Shown: piece after piece, positions 28,168 to 37,072 of the stretch
How the letters are laid out: every line of letters begins with the position of its first letter
Numbering within the stretch: position 1 is the first letter of the stretch
Virus record (IMG/VR): IMGVR_UViG_3300010885_050383
Span: 9,876-73,875 of that record
Strand: one strand, 5' to 3'
From: a virus
DNA: 64,000 nucleotides
Made by a program: the position numbers and the translations under genes
The notes under the pieces: generated by a model
The model's input: the letters and a program-made list of their open reading frames with translations, nothing else
Told to the model about the DNA's origin: nothing
Databases searched by the model: none

Positions 28168-29274
28168 ATGGCTAAAAGCAAACCCAATACCGAAGAAATT
28201 ATTGAATCCACCCCAGACGTTAAAGATGCATTTGATGTTTTAGATTCCTTAAATCCAGAAGCTACCTTTTTAGATGAAAATTCGCTATCTAATGTTTCTG
28301 AGTGGATTGATACTGGATCTTATGCATTAAATGCAATAATTTCTGGATCTTTATTTGGTGGAATCCCTATGGGAAGATTAACAGGATTTATTGGGCCAGA
28401 GTCTTGTGGAAAGACTCTCATGTGTAGCAAAATTATGGCTAATGCACAAGCTTTTAGAAACATGCACATTGCTTATTTTGATACAGAGAATGCATTAGAT
28501 GAGGATACTGCAAAACGTCTCGGTTGTAACCCCTCAAAAATTAAACACATCCCTTCTGAAGTTACCGAACAATGTAGAAATCAAATTGTAAAATTTTTAA
28601 CAACTGTAATTGAAAAGGGATTACAAGGAAAAGTCATGGTTGTAATTGATTCTTTGGGTAATCTTATAACTACTCAAGAGAAAAAGAAAATTGATGAAGG
28701 AAGTGATACTCCTGATATGGGGAATCGTGCAAAATCATTGAAAGCAATGTTAAGATCAATTACTCATGTTGCCTCAAAAGCTAATTGTCCTGTGATATTT
28801 ACGAATCATATTTACGATGATCCATCACAACTACATCCTTCTGCCTTAAAGAAGCAAGCAGGAGGTTCTGGGCCTCTTTATATGTCTTCTGTAATCGTTC
28901 AGATGGCAAAGAAGACTGAAAGATCAAGTGATAGTAAAAACAAAGATTCCAACGATGCTATTACCCCCTTGTCAAAAGACATTAATGGTCTTACTTTAAG
29001 AGCATTTACAACTAAAAATCGTTTTGTTCCACCATTCCTTGAGATAGAAATGTATTTGAATTTCCGAACTGGGCTTAACAAATATTCGGGTCTTCTTGAA
29101 ATGGCAGAGGGTTATGGGGTTCTTACCAAGTCTGGGCATCGTTATGTCCTTGGAGAGGAAACACTCGGTTTTTATAAAGATTGGAAAGATGACGAAAATA
29201 CTTGGAATAAAATTTTGCCTTTATTGGAAGAGAAGTTAAAATCAGAACTTACTTTTAAAAACGAAAATAGCTGA
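28168..29274 (+). CDS. uvsX: RecA-like recombinase UvsX
   Basis: 'IDTGSYALNAIISGS','GPESCGKT','YFDTENA','VIDSLGNL','FTNHIY','KNRF'. Confidence 0.93.
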   Translation: MAKSKPNTEEIIESTPDVKDAFDVLDSLNPEATFLDENSLSNVSEWIDTGSYALNAIISGSLFGGIPMGRLTGFIGPESCGKTLMCSKIMANAQAFRNMHIAYFDTENALDEDTAKRLGCNPSKIKHIPSEVTEQCRNQIVKFLTTVIEKGLQGKVMVVIDSLGNLITTQEKKKIDEGSDTPDMGNRAKSLKAMLRSITHVASKANCPVIFTNHIYDDPSQLHPSALKKQAGGSGPLYMSSVIVQMAKKTERSSDSKNKDSNDAITPLSKDINGLTLRAFTTKNRFVPPFLEIEMYLNFRTGLNKYSGLLEMAEGYGVLTKSGHRYVLGEETLGFYKDWKDDENTWNKILPLLEEKLKSELTFKNENS

Positions 29275-30668
29275 TGTCTAAGAATTCCATACCAATTGAT
29301 TTTGACTTATTAGAAAAAGTAATTATTTTTAATGCACTTTCTGATAGTCTGTATTTAGAAAACATAATTGAGCATATAAGTCCTAGTTACTTTAAAGATA
29401 AACACATTAAAAATGTTATTGAATCTTTATTGCAATTTTTCAATGCTTTTAATAAAATTCCAAAAAACATAACGGAATTTAAAACTCACATAACAGATCC
29501 TGAAAAAAGAGATTCTCTCAAACAAGTTGCACAAAGTGTTTCTGACATTGATAAAAATTACGATAGAGAAATTCTTCTTAAGAACACAGAAAGATTTTTA
29601 AGAGAAAAAGCGGTTTTAAGCACTGTAATAAGAACTAATGTCGAAGTACAATCGGGTAGTATTAATACTGAAAAAATTTTAGAAGATTTTGATCAAGCAT
29701 GTAATATTTCTTTAATCGAAAGCATGGGTCATGATTACCTTGAAGAGATAGATAAACATTGCGAAGAGCTTCAAAAGACTACAAAGGTTATTTCTACGGG
29801 ATGGAAATGGCTGAATGACAATATTGGAGGAGGATTTGCTGCTGAAGGTAAGGCTTTATATGTGTTTTATGGCGTTACAAACGTAGGTAAATCAATCTTT
29901 CTCGGTAATATTGCCACAAATATTTTGGCACAAGACAAAACAGTTGTTCTCTTAACTCTTGAAATGTCGGAACAAATGTATGCAGGTAGAATAAGTTCTC
30001 AACTATCGCAGATTCCTAGAAACGATCTACCTCATAGCATTCAAGAATTAAAGAATAAAATCAATTCTTATAAAACGATACATAAGGATTCAAAACTTAT
30101 TATTAAAGAATTTCCTCCTCAGATGGTAACACCACTGCAAATTAAGGTTTATCTTGAAAAATTAGTCAGAAAGGATGTTAAACCAGATGCGATTGTAATT
30201 GACTATTTAAATTTAATTGCACCTCCAGAAAGAGGTATGAATTCTTACGAATCTATCAAAAAAATTACTGAGTATATTAGAGCATTGTCTTATAAATTCG
30301 AGTGTCCAATCATTTCTGCCACTCAAACAAATCGTAGTGCTTACAACGAAGCAAAACCGGGGTTAGAAACTACTAGTGAGTCTATGGGTCTGGCACACAC
30401 TGCGGATGCTCAATTTGCTATTTGGCAAGAAGCTGATGATATTGATCTAGGAATTATACGTTTATCTATTTCTAAAAATAGATTTGGAAAAAAGGGTGGG
30501 ATCACAGAACTTTGTTTAGATTATCCCACTTTAACAATCAAAGATCCTTCAAATTCAATAGGACATTTTCCTTCAATGATTAAATCAGATCAAGTTATTA
30601 ATGCCCCCCATACAATAGCTGATACCTTAAATGCAATTGAAAATTTAGATATAAATAGTGACAAATGA
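29274..30668 (+). CDS. gp41: replicative DnaB-like helicase (gp41)
   Basis: 'STGWKWL','GVTNVGKS','LTLEMSE','IKEFP','VIDYLNL','SATQTNR','SES','KNRFG'. Confidence 0.92.
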   Translation: MSKNSIPIDFDLLEKVIIFNALSDSLYLENIIEHISPSYFKDKHIKNVIESLLQFFNAFNKIPKNITEFKTHITDPEKRDSLKQVAQSVSDIDKNYDREILLKNTERFLREKAVLSTVIRTNVEVQSGSINTEKILEDFDQACNISLIESMGHDYLEEIDKHCEELQKTTKVISTGWKWLNDNIGGGFAAEGKALYVFYGVTNVGKSIFLGNIATNILAQDKTVVLLTLEMSEQMYAGRISSQLSQIPRNDLPHSIQELKNKINSYKTIHKDSKLIIKEFPPQMVTPLQIKVYLEKLVRKDVKPDAIVIDYLNLIAPPERGMNSYESIKKITEYIRALSYKFECPIISATQTNRSAYNEAKPGLETTSESMGLAHTADAQFAIWQEADDIDLGIIRLSISKNRFGKKGGITELCLDYPTLTIKDPSNSIGHFPSMIKSDQVINAPHTIADTLNAIENLDINSDK

Positions 30669-30692
30669 CACTATCTTAATAAATAAAATACT

Positions 30693-31580
30693 ATGTCAGA
30701 TTGTTATCATATTTATACCCACAATGATTTAGATGGTGCGGTTAGTCTATTAACCTTCATGTGGAGCAAACCAAAAGATAGTTCATTTCAATATACTTCT
30801 ATAACAAATTTAGGAATTGATAAACTCAAAAAAGATATTGCTAATTCTCACAACCTTTCAAACATATATATCCTTGATTTAGGGTTAAGGGAAGATTTTT
30901 TACCAGAACTTGATCAACCCAATATAACTATAATAGATCATCATAAATCATCTGAAAAATTTATAGATAGATTCAAACATGCAAAAATCTTATATAAAGA
31001 ATACACTTCAAATGCTCTTTTTACCTACACTCTTTTTAAAGATACACTTAATTTAACCAAAGAACAAAAAACTTTAATTGCACTTGCAGATGATTTTGAT
31101 TGTAATCGTTTAAAGTATGCAGATTCTCATTCTCTAAACCTTATTTTTTGGAATTTATACCAAAGTAATTTTAATGGTTTTATAAAAGATTATTATAATG
31201 GCTTTAAGCCCATCACACCACACCAACAAAAAGCTATTAATTTTCTTAAAAAAGAAGCTGCTGCCGAAGCAGAAAAGGTTTCAATGTATTTTGGAAAAGT
31301 AGAAATAGATGGGAAAGATAAAATTGTGTATGCTGCGATGATGGATAAATCAGTAACCCAAGTGATGGAATTATTGATGGATAAATACAAGCCAGACATT
31401 TTTTTTGCTATAAATCCCAAGAGTCAAAAAGTTTCTATACGTCAATATAATACTGAAAATCCGATTGATCTTGGGAAGTTTGCTGAAAAATATTGCAAAG
31501 GTGGTGGTCATCCTAATGCCTCTGCTGGGATAATCACTCCTCTTTTCATGGAATTTACCAAAAATTTAAAACCTATATGA
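30693..31580 (+). CDS. DHH/DHHA1 phosphoesterase
   Basis: 'HNDLDG','ILDLG','IIDHH','GGGHPNASA'. Confidence 0.88.
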   Translation: MSDCYHIYTHNDLDGAVSLLTFMWSKPKDSSFQYTSITNLGIDKLKKDIANSHNLSNIYILDLGLREDFLPELDQPNITIIDHHKSSEKFIDRFKHAKILYKEYTSNALFTYTLFKDTLNLTKEQKTLIALADDFDCNRLKYADSHSLNLIFWNLYQSNFNGFIKDYYNGFKPITPHQQKAINFLKKEAAAEAEKVSMYFGKVEIDGKDKIVYAAMMDKSVTQVMELLMDKYKPDIFFAINPKSQKVSIRQYNTENPIDLGKFAEKYCKGGGHPNASAGIITPLFMEFTKNLKPI

Positions 31581-31888
31581 TTATAACTTCTTCTCAACAA
31601 ATTCAAGATTCTGTCAACCCCTCAAATGTTTTTGATTTGTCGGAATTTGAAGATATTACACTTAAATTCGGAGCTTTTGTGTGCATTTCAAAAAAGAAAA
31701 AATTTAATTTCTTGAATTTTTTAAAACTTCTTATAGAAGATACAAGAACACAAAAAATTTATTTTGAATTGTTGGGAGAAAATAATTTACAAATGATAAT
31801 TCGAGCTTATCTTGGAAGTACTCCGAATATTTACAAAAAGATTTTTAGATCAAAACACAATAAACAAACGAAAAAAACTAGTGAATAA
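31577..31888 (+). CDS. hypothetical protein
   Basis: 103-aa ORF, ATGA-coupled to the DHH gene. Confidence 0.55.
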   Translation: MIITSSQQIQDSVNPSNVFDLSEFEDITLKFGAFVCISKKKKFNFLNFLKLLIEDTRTQKIYFELLGENNLQMIIRAYLGSTPNIYKKIFRSKHNKQTKKTSE

Positions 31889-32531
31889 TTTAACAAGACA
31901 AGAAGAAGCCATTTATAATGCTTTTCTCAAAGCTTACAGAAAAGGGCAACCCTTCCAACCAAGAAAAGATTTTTCTAAAATAAGTCCAACAATTTTGTTG
32001 TCTTTGAAAAAATTAAATGCTTTTTTTGGTAAGTTTAAACACATTACACCGAATGATTTTTTTTCTGCTCCTAATGTATTACATCCAGACGAGCCATGTC
32101 CTCCTATAGATTTTTTTATTACCAGAGCAGCTATAAGAGCATACTCTTTATCCATGAAAAAAAAGGAAGATGAATCGCCAGAAAAGCAAATGGATAAGAT
32201 AAAAGAAAGTTTTCAGTTCCTCGCAAAATTTTGTTTTGACAATAAAATTCCACTGGAAAAATATTTGCAGTTTAAAATTTCAAACATGCCAATATGGATG
32301 CAACACTACAGGGAACATAAAGTAAATCCTTACAGCCTCATGGAACTTGGTTCATTAGATACTTTTAAACTCCTTGCAGAAGATGAGAAGGCTCTTTGGG
32401 CAGGAAATTTTTTTGAAAATATCGATTCTTATAAGATTAGATATTTTAATAGCCCAAAAACTAAAAATTTCGTAAGAGAAGCAACAAAAAAAGTTAAAGA
32501 ATTTTTAAAAAAAGAGTTGCATTCTAAATAA
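31881..32531 (+). CDS. hypothetical protein, possibly gp59-like helicase loader
   Basis: Basic helical protein of ~216 aa immediately before gp32 (T4 synteny); GTG start at 31881; no diagnostic motif. Confidence 0.4.
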   Translation: MNNLTRQEEAIYNAFLKAYRKGQPFQPRKDFSKISPTILLSLKKLNAFFGKFKHITPNDFFSAPNVLHPDEPCPPIDFFITRAAIRAYSLSMKKKEDESPEKQMDKIKESFQFLAKFCFDNKIPLEKYLQFKISNMPIWMQHYREHKVNPYSLMELGSLDTFKLLAEDEKALWAGNFFENIDSYKIRYFNSPKTKNFVREATKKVKEFLKKELHSK

Positions 32532-32544
32532 TTTAGATTAGTAT
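32517..32544 (+). promoter_or_regulatory. sigma70-like promoter for gp32 (TTGCAT-16-TAGTAT)
   Basis: Seen directly; implies start at the second ATG (32554). Confidence 0.55.
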
Positions 32545-32553
32545 ATGAAAACT

Positions 32554-33432
32554 ATGAGTAAATACACAAACAACCTGTTCGAGTCTATTAAAGAAGCTCT
32601 TAACAAACAAACCAGTAACGATAATTCATCTTATAAAGATGTTCTAAAGCTAGAAATTGGTAAGACCTATGTAGTAAGATTTGTGCCAAATGTAGCTAAT
32701 CCAAATAGCACTATTGTTCATTACTTCAATCATATTTGGAAGAGTGTTTTAACCAATCAATTGGTTTCTACCCTTTGCCCATCTACATATGGTGAGCGTT
32801 GCCCCATTGATGAGTATCGTTCCAAGGTTTATAACACAAAAGATCAAAATAAGATTGATGCAATTAAACCTATTCGTCGTGATGAAAAGTGGCTTGCCAA
32901 TGTTTATGTTGTCAAAGACCCATCAAATCCAGAAAATCAGGGTCAGGTAAAAATTCTCCGTTTTGGTAAACAGATTTTCAACATTATCCAAGAAGCAATT
33001 GCTGGAGAAGATGCTGAAGAGCTTGGTGCTAGGATTTTTGACCTTTCTGACAAAGGATGCAACCTTCGTATCAAGGTTGAAGAGAACGATGGTGGATATG
33101 CAAAGTATACTATGTCGAGGTTTATGTCCCCTTCAGCACTTGAGGGAGCACCAGATGTAGATGAAATCTATGCGGCTTGTAAGAATCTTGAATCTCTTCA
33201 AGAGCACAAGAGTTACGATGAGATTAAAAAACTTCTCAATGTCCACTTTTTGGGCGAAGAAGAAGAAGCTCCTGTTGCTCATAATCATACTGTAGATGAG
33301 GATCTTGAGGAAGATTATGTTGCCCCACAAAAACCAAAAGGTCTTCTTTCTGAAGAAGAAGATGATGTTTTTACAGATGTTAAATTATCTGATATTGACA
33401 CCGATCTCGAAGATATTTTCAAATCTGCCTAA
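32554..33432 (+). CDS. gp32: single-stranded DNA-binding protein (gp32-like)
   Basis: 'VRFVP','H..','CPSTYGERCPI','WLANVYVVKDP.NPENQGQVKILRFGKQI','GCNLRIK', acidic tail. Confidence 0.9.
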   Translation: MSKYTNNLFESIKEALNKQTSNDNSSYKDVLKLEIGKTYVVRFVPNVANPNSTIVHYFNHIWKSVLTNQLVSTLCPSTYGERCPIDEYRSKVYNTKDQNKIDAIKPIRRDEKWLANVYVVKDPSNPENQGQVKILRFGKQIFNIIQEAIAGEDAEELGARIFDLSDKGCNLRIKVEENDGGYAKYTMSRFMSPSALEGAPDVDEIYAACKNLESLQEHKSYDEIKKLLNVHFLGEEEEAPVAHNHTVDEDLEEDYVAPQKPKGLLSEEEDDVFTDVKLSDIDTDLEDIFKSA

Positions 33433-33436
33433 AAAA

Positions 33437-34264
33437 ATGCCAAGGATTAAATCAGAAGAGGAATTGCCAGACTCCAGAAATATTCTGGACACCTTTCCCA
33501 AGGATCTTGTTCCAAGCATTGGTTATAAGAATATTGTAATTCCTCTTTTGATTCCTAGTGCAATCAAAGGAAAAGGTATTCCCACGATAGGAAAAGTTAG
33601 TGTATCTTGTGATATGACACAAGATATGAAAGGATCATTAATAAATCATCAGCGTTCTGCAATTGAAGGTCTTAAAGATTCGGAAGGAACCATACCTACT
33701 TTTGTAAACAATATTTTAGAGCATATTGAAAATCAATTTGGTGCTAGAAACGGAGAAGTTACTGTAGAATATACTCTTCTACGGAAGAAAACTTCTCCAG
33801 TTTCCAAAACTGAATCTTGGGTAGAAAGTAATGCTTCTTATATAGGAAAACTTGTAAATGGTAACAAAAGATTTTATACTTCAGTTACTGGGTATTATAC
33901 TTCTCTCTGTCCTAGATCAAAGGAGATTAGTGATTATGGAGCACATAGCCAACTTTCTTCTGCTACGATTACAGTAGAACATGGTTCTGAAGACATTATT
34001 CATAATGTTCTTTTTGATTTAATCGATAAAGCAGGATCATCTGAAATTTATAATGTAATTTCAGATTTAGATGAGTCATATATTACAGAGCAAATGTATG
34101 AAAATCCTGTATATGTCGAAGATGTCGTTCGTAAAATTGCAGTTGACTTAATCGGAACTTTAAGTAATATAGTTAAAGATTATTTGATTGAAGCAAATCA
34201 CTATGAATCCGTTCATACTAATGTTGCAACAGCAAGTATCAACGCAGGAAAAGAACTTAAATAA
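33437..34264 (+). CDS. folE2: GTP cyclohydrolase IB (FolE2)-like, divergent
   Basis: 'SPVS','TSLCPRSKEISDYGAHSQ','DE..ITE..YENP.YVEDVVR','ESVH'; start moved to ATG 33437. Confidence 0.8.
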   Translation: MPRIKSEEELPDSRNILDTFPKDLVPSIGYKNIVIPLLIPSAIKGKGIPTIGKVSVSCDMTQDMKGSLINHQRSAIEGLKDSEGTIPTFVNNILEHIENQFGARNGEVTVEYTLLRKKTSPVSKTESWVESNASYIGKLVNGNKRFYTSVTGYYTSLCPRSKEISDYGAHSQLSSATITVEHGSEDIIHNVLFDLIDKAGSSEIYNVISDLDESYITEQMYENPVYVEDVVRKIAVDLIGTLSNIVKDYLIEANHYESVHTNVATASINAGKELK

Positions 34265-34266
34265 TT

Positions 34267-34776
34267 ATGAGCAATAAATCAGAAGCATATGATGTAGCAA
34301 TGTTGGCTGGCCTTGTCAGTTCAAATCTTAGCCATGTTGAAAAAAACATGGTAGATCCTACTCGTGCGGTCAATAAAATCGATATGAATAGGTTTGTAGC
34401 ACCCTTGGTTGGAACTGGTCAGCAACCCCAACGTTTTGGTAATTCGTATGAAGAAGGAGTTACACCATTAATGCGTAAAGCTATGGAAGATTCTTTAAGG
34501 GAGGCATCAATGATACCAGAGCCTATAAACCCCAATAAGCCAAACATTATTCCTCAAATACCAACTCATTTACCTCCACAAATGGAAGCTCCAATTCCTC
34601 CAATGTTACCAAAACTTGGTACACAACCTGTTGCTGCTTCTATTTCAAATGAAGATATTCAGATTATCAAAAGTCAACTGGAAAAAATTAATACAAATCT
34701 TACCAAGATGGCTGGTATGTTTGGCAAAGTATTTGCATCACTGACAACCCAAACTACAGTTAAAAATGGAAAATAA
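34267..34776 (+). CDS. hypothetical Pro-rich protein with C-terminal coiled coil
   Basis: 169-aa ORF. Confidence 0.55.
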   Translation: MSNKSEAYDVAMLAGLVSSNLSHVEKNMVDPTRAVNKIDMNRFVAPLVGTGQQPQRFGNSYEEGVTPLMRKAMEDSLREASMIPEPINPNKPNIIPQIPTHLPPQMEAPIPPMLPKLGTQPVAASISNEDIQIIKSQLEKINTNLTKMAGMFGKVFASLTTQTTVKNGK

Positions 34777-35521
34777 TCTTATTAAGGTTCCAAAACAATA
34801 TTTAGAAAAAATTTTAAAACCAGTTAATAGATTAACCGAAAGTTGTGTTTTAAAAATTAAATCTGAAAGCCTATACAGTATTTGTTCTTCTGCTGATAAT
34901 ACTGTTATTTTATATGCAAGCGTAAAACTTCCAGAAAAAACTGAAACTCTTGCAAGGCTTAATATTATTAGCATTAAAAAACTTCTTTCTGGTTTGCATT
35001 GTTTGGGTGATAGGGATGATTTTTCCATAGAACATCATACAAATCATATTATTTGTTCAAACATAGATCAAAAAGGTAATAAAGCACACTTCAAATATCA
35101 TCTAGTGGATGATACAATTGTTCGTGAATGCCCTGTAAATATTAATAAAATATCAAATCTTAATTTTGATACAATATTTGTTTTAACAAAAGATAAAATT
35201 AAGCAAATCTTGTCTGGATATGCTTTTGCTTCTGATACTTCAAAGGTATATTTTTCTACCAAAGATGGAAACGTATATGTAGAACTTGATGATAAAACAT
35301 TACAGAACGTGGATAATATTACTATTCATGTAAATGATTCTTTCGAGGGAGAACCTATTTCTATTGCCATACCAATTCCTTCTGAAATATTTAAAAATCT
35401 TGCAACATGCAAGACTGATGTACTTGTAAAAGTAAACTCTAAACATAAAGTTTTTATTTTTCAGAATAAAGAAGATAGTGATGTAGAATTAAAATATATT
35501 ATATCAGCACTTGTAAAATAG
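34766..35521 (+). CDS. gp45: DNA sliding clamp (gp45/PCNA-like)
   Basis: 251 aa, two-domain alpha/beta pattern ('ILKPVNRL..S..L', 'NIISIKKLLSGL'), ends 'LKYIISAL' like clamp C-termini; replication-module context. Confidence 0.7.
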   Translation: MENNLIKVPKQYLEKILKPVNRLTESCVLKIKSESLYSICSSADNTVILYASVKLPEKTETLARLNIISIKKLLSGLHCLGDRDDFSIEHHTNHIICSNIDQKGNKAHFKYHLVDDTIVRECPVNINKISNLNFDTIFVLTKDKIKQILSGYAFASDTSKVYFSTKDGNVYVELDDKTLQNVDNITIHVNDSFEGEPISIAIPIPSEIFKNLATCKTDVLVKVNSKHKVFIFQNKEDSDVELKYIISALVK

Positions 35522-35542
35522 AAACCTCAAATAAATAGTTGC

Positions 35543-35866
35543 ATGGCAAAGAATAAAATAACAACTAGTAGCTATTTCATCAAACGTTTAAGAGACAGTG
35601 GATATGTAGCAGATAAAGTATTCAATGACTTTTCTTATACAGATCCGAGAAGTTGGGTAGTCGTAGTAGACCCCACGGTTTCTTCTGTTCTTATCACTTG
35701 CTTCAACAATCATAATGAAATGGGAGAAGAATATTTTGAAATGCATGATGGTGGTCAATTTATTCCAGAAAGATTTAAAATTAAAACTAGTTCTATCGAA
35801 GTTATTATCGAATATTTGGTAAAATTTGGTATTAATAATAAAGCTTCAACCTATGTCGGAGCCTAA
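35543..35866 (+). CDS. hypothetical protein
   Basis: 107-aa ORF; TAAATA at 35532-35537. Confidence 0.55.
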   Translation: MAKNKITTSSYFIKRLRDSGYVADKVFNDFSYTDPRSWVVVVDPTVSSVLITCFNNHNEMGEEYFEMHDGGQFIPERFKIKTSSIEVIIEYLVKFGINNKASTYVGA

Positions 35867-36248
35867 AAAAAAATCTAGAAAAAATAATACTGTTCCCTCT
35901 TTATCTTCTGTAAAAGTACAGAGTAATAATGAAGAACAAGAAGCTTTGGATAAAATAAAAGCTACTATTTTTTCTGCTATAAACAACAACGAACTCGAAA
36001 AAGCAATGGATTCTTGGTTGAAAAACCAAAACACAGAAAACAAAATTGCTTTGAGAGATTTATCTATTTTAAAAACTTCTATATTAGAGTTTTTGGATGC
36101 TTTTTTGTTGTTTGGTTATGATTTGAAAGGTAATCGTATATTGATACAGAATTTTAACAATGCAAGAGATAGAGATGCTGTTATGGAATTCTTAAAAACT
36201 ATCTTCATAAAACAACAACAAGATAGTTTTTTAGATGGTGACGAATAA
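35853..36248 (+). CDS. hypothetical protein
   Basis: ORF with likely ATG start at 35853. Confidence 0.55.
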   Translation: MSEPKKKSRKNNTVPSLSSVKVQSNNEEQEALDKIKATIFSAINNNELEKAMDSWLKNQNTENKIALRDLSILKTSILEFLDAFLLFGYDLKGNRILIQNFNNARDRDAVMEFLKTIFIKQQQDSFLDGDE

Positions 36249-36256
36249 TTAGTTAT

Positions 36257-37072
36257 ATGAATAATATAACAACTAATCCAGATGGAAGCGTAGCATCTGT
36301 TAATGGATTTGATTTTAATCAAAATTTAATTCAATCGGATTTTTTAGGTTTAAATAGTAGTTTCCCTACTGTAACTTCAAACCCTGCAACATTTGATTCT
36401 AATAAATTAGTAGCAGATCTAGCATATGCAGTAGGACAAGACAATTGGAATGGCTTTATAAGAAACGATCCTCTTACTATTCCAGAAGTTAATGTTCCCC
36501 CATCTTATTTTGCTGGAAGTGGAGATCCTAGATACCCTATGGATGTAGCCATGCAAGATGTATATAATGTATTTTTACCTCGTTTACAGGCTTATACAGA
36601 GTTATTAAATGCAGGGGGCTGTCAGATAATAAACAACTATATCTGTGATTCCGATGGAGTACCGATAGTTCAAACTTCTTCCACATGCAGCCTTTCAGGA
36701 TCGATAGAAACTCTTAAAATACAACCACAGCAAGTATTAGATTTTGTTAAAACCTCAATTTCTGCCAACAGACAATCACAGTCAGATGCTTTTGTAGATT
36801 ATTTAAATAGTACTTATGTAGACAAAGGATTCACAATAACATTGTTGGAATATGATTATCTTTTTAATTTCGTAGTAAAAGTATCAAAACCTCAAAATCC
36901 TACTGTTTATTTAAAGTATTTTTATGATCAGAAAGATTATATTTCCTCACAATTAAATATTGCTTTGACATTAAAGAATCTTGGTGATCCTGTTATAGAT
37001 AGTGGAGAAAGTTCGATAGATTTTATAAAAGCCATGCAACAACAGCCAATGCTTTTTACACTTAACAGTTAA
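36257..37072 (+). CDS. hypothetical protein, probable virion component
   Basis: 271 aa with the same N/Q/S/T-rich, K/R/E-poor composition as the tail proteins. Confidence 0.45.
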   Translation: MNNITTNPDGSVASVNGFDFNQNLIQSDFLGLNSSFPTVTSNPATFDSNKLVADLAYAVGQDNWNGFIRNDPLTIPEVNVPPSYFAGSGDPRYPMDVAMQDVYNVFLPRLQAYTELLNAGGCQIINNYICDSDGVPIVQTSSTCSLSGSIETLKIQPQQVLDFVKTSISANRQSQSDAFVDYLNSTYVDKGFTITLLEYDYLFNFVVKVSKPQNPTVYLKYFYDQKDYISSQLNIALTLKNLGDPVIDSGESSIDFIKAMQQQPMLFTLNS

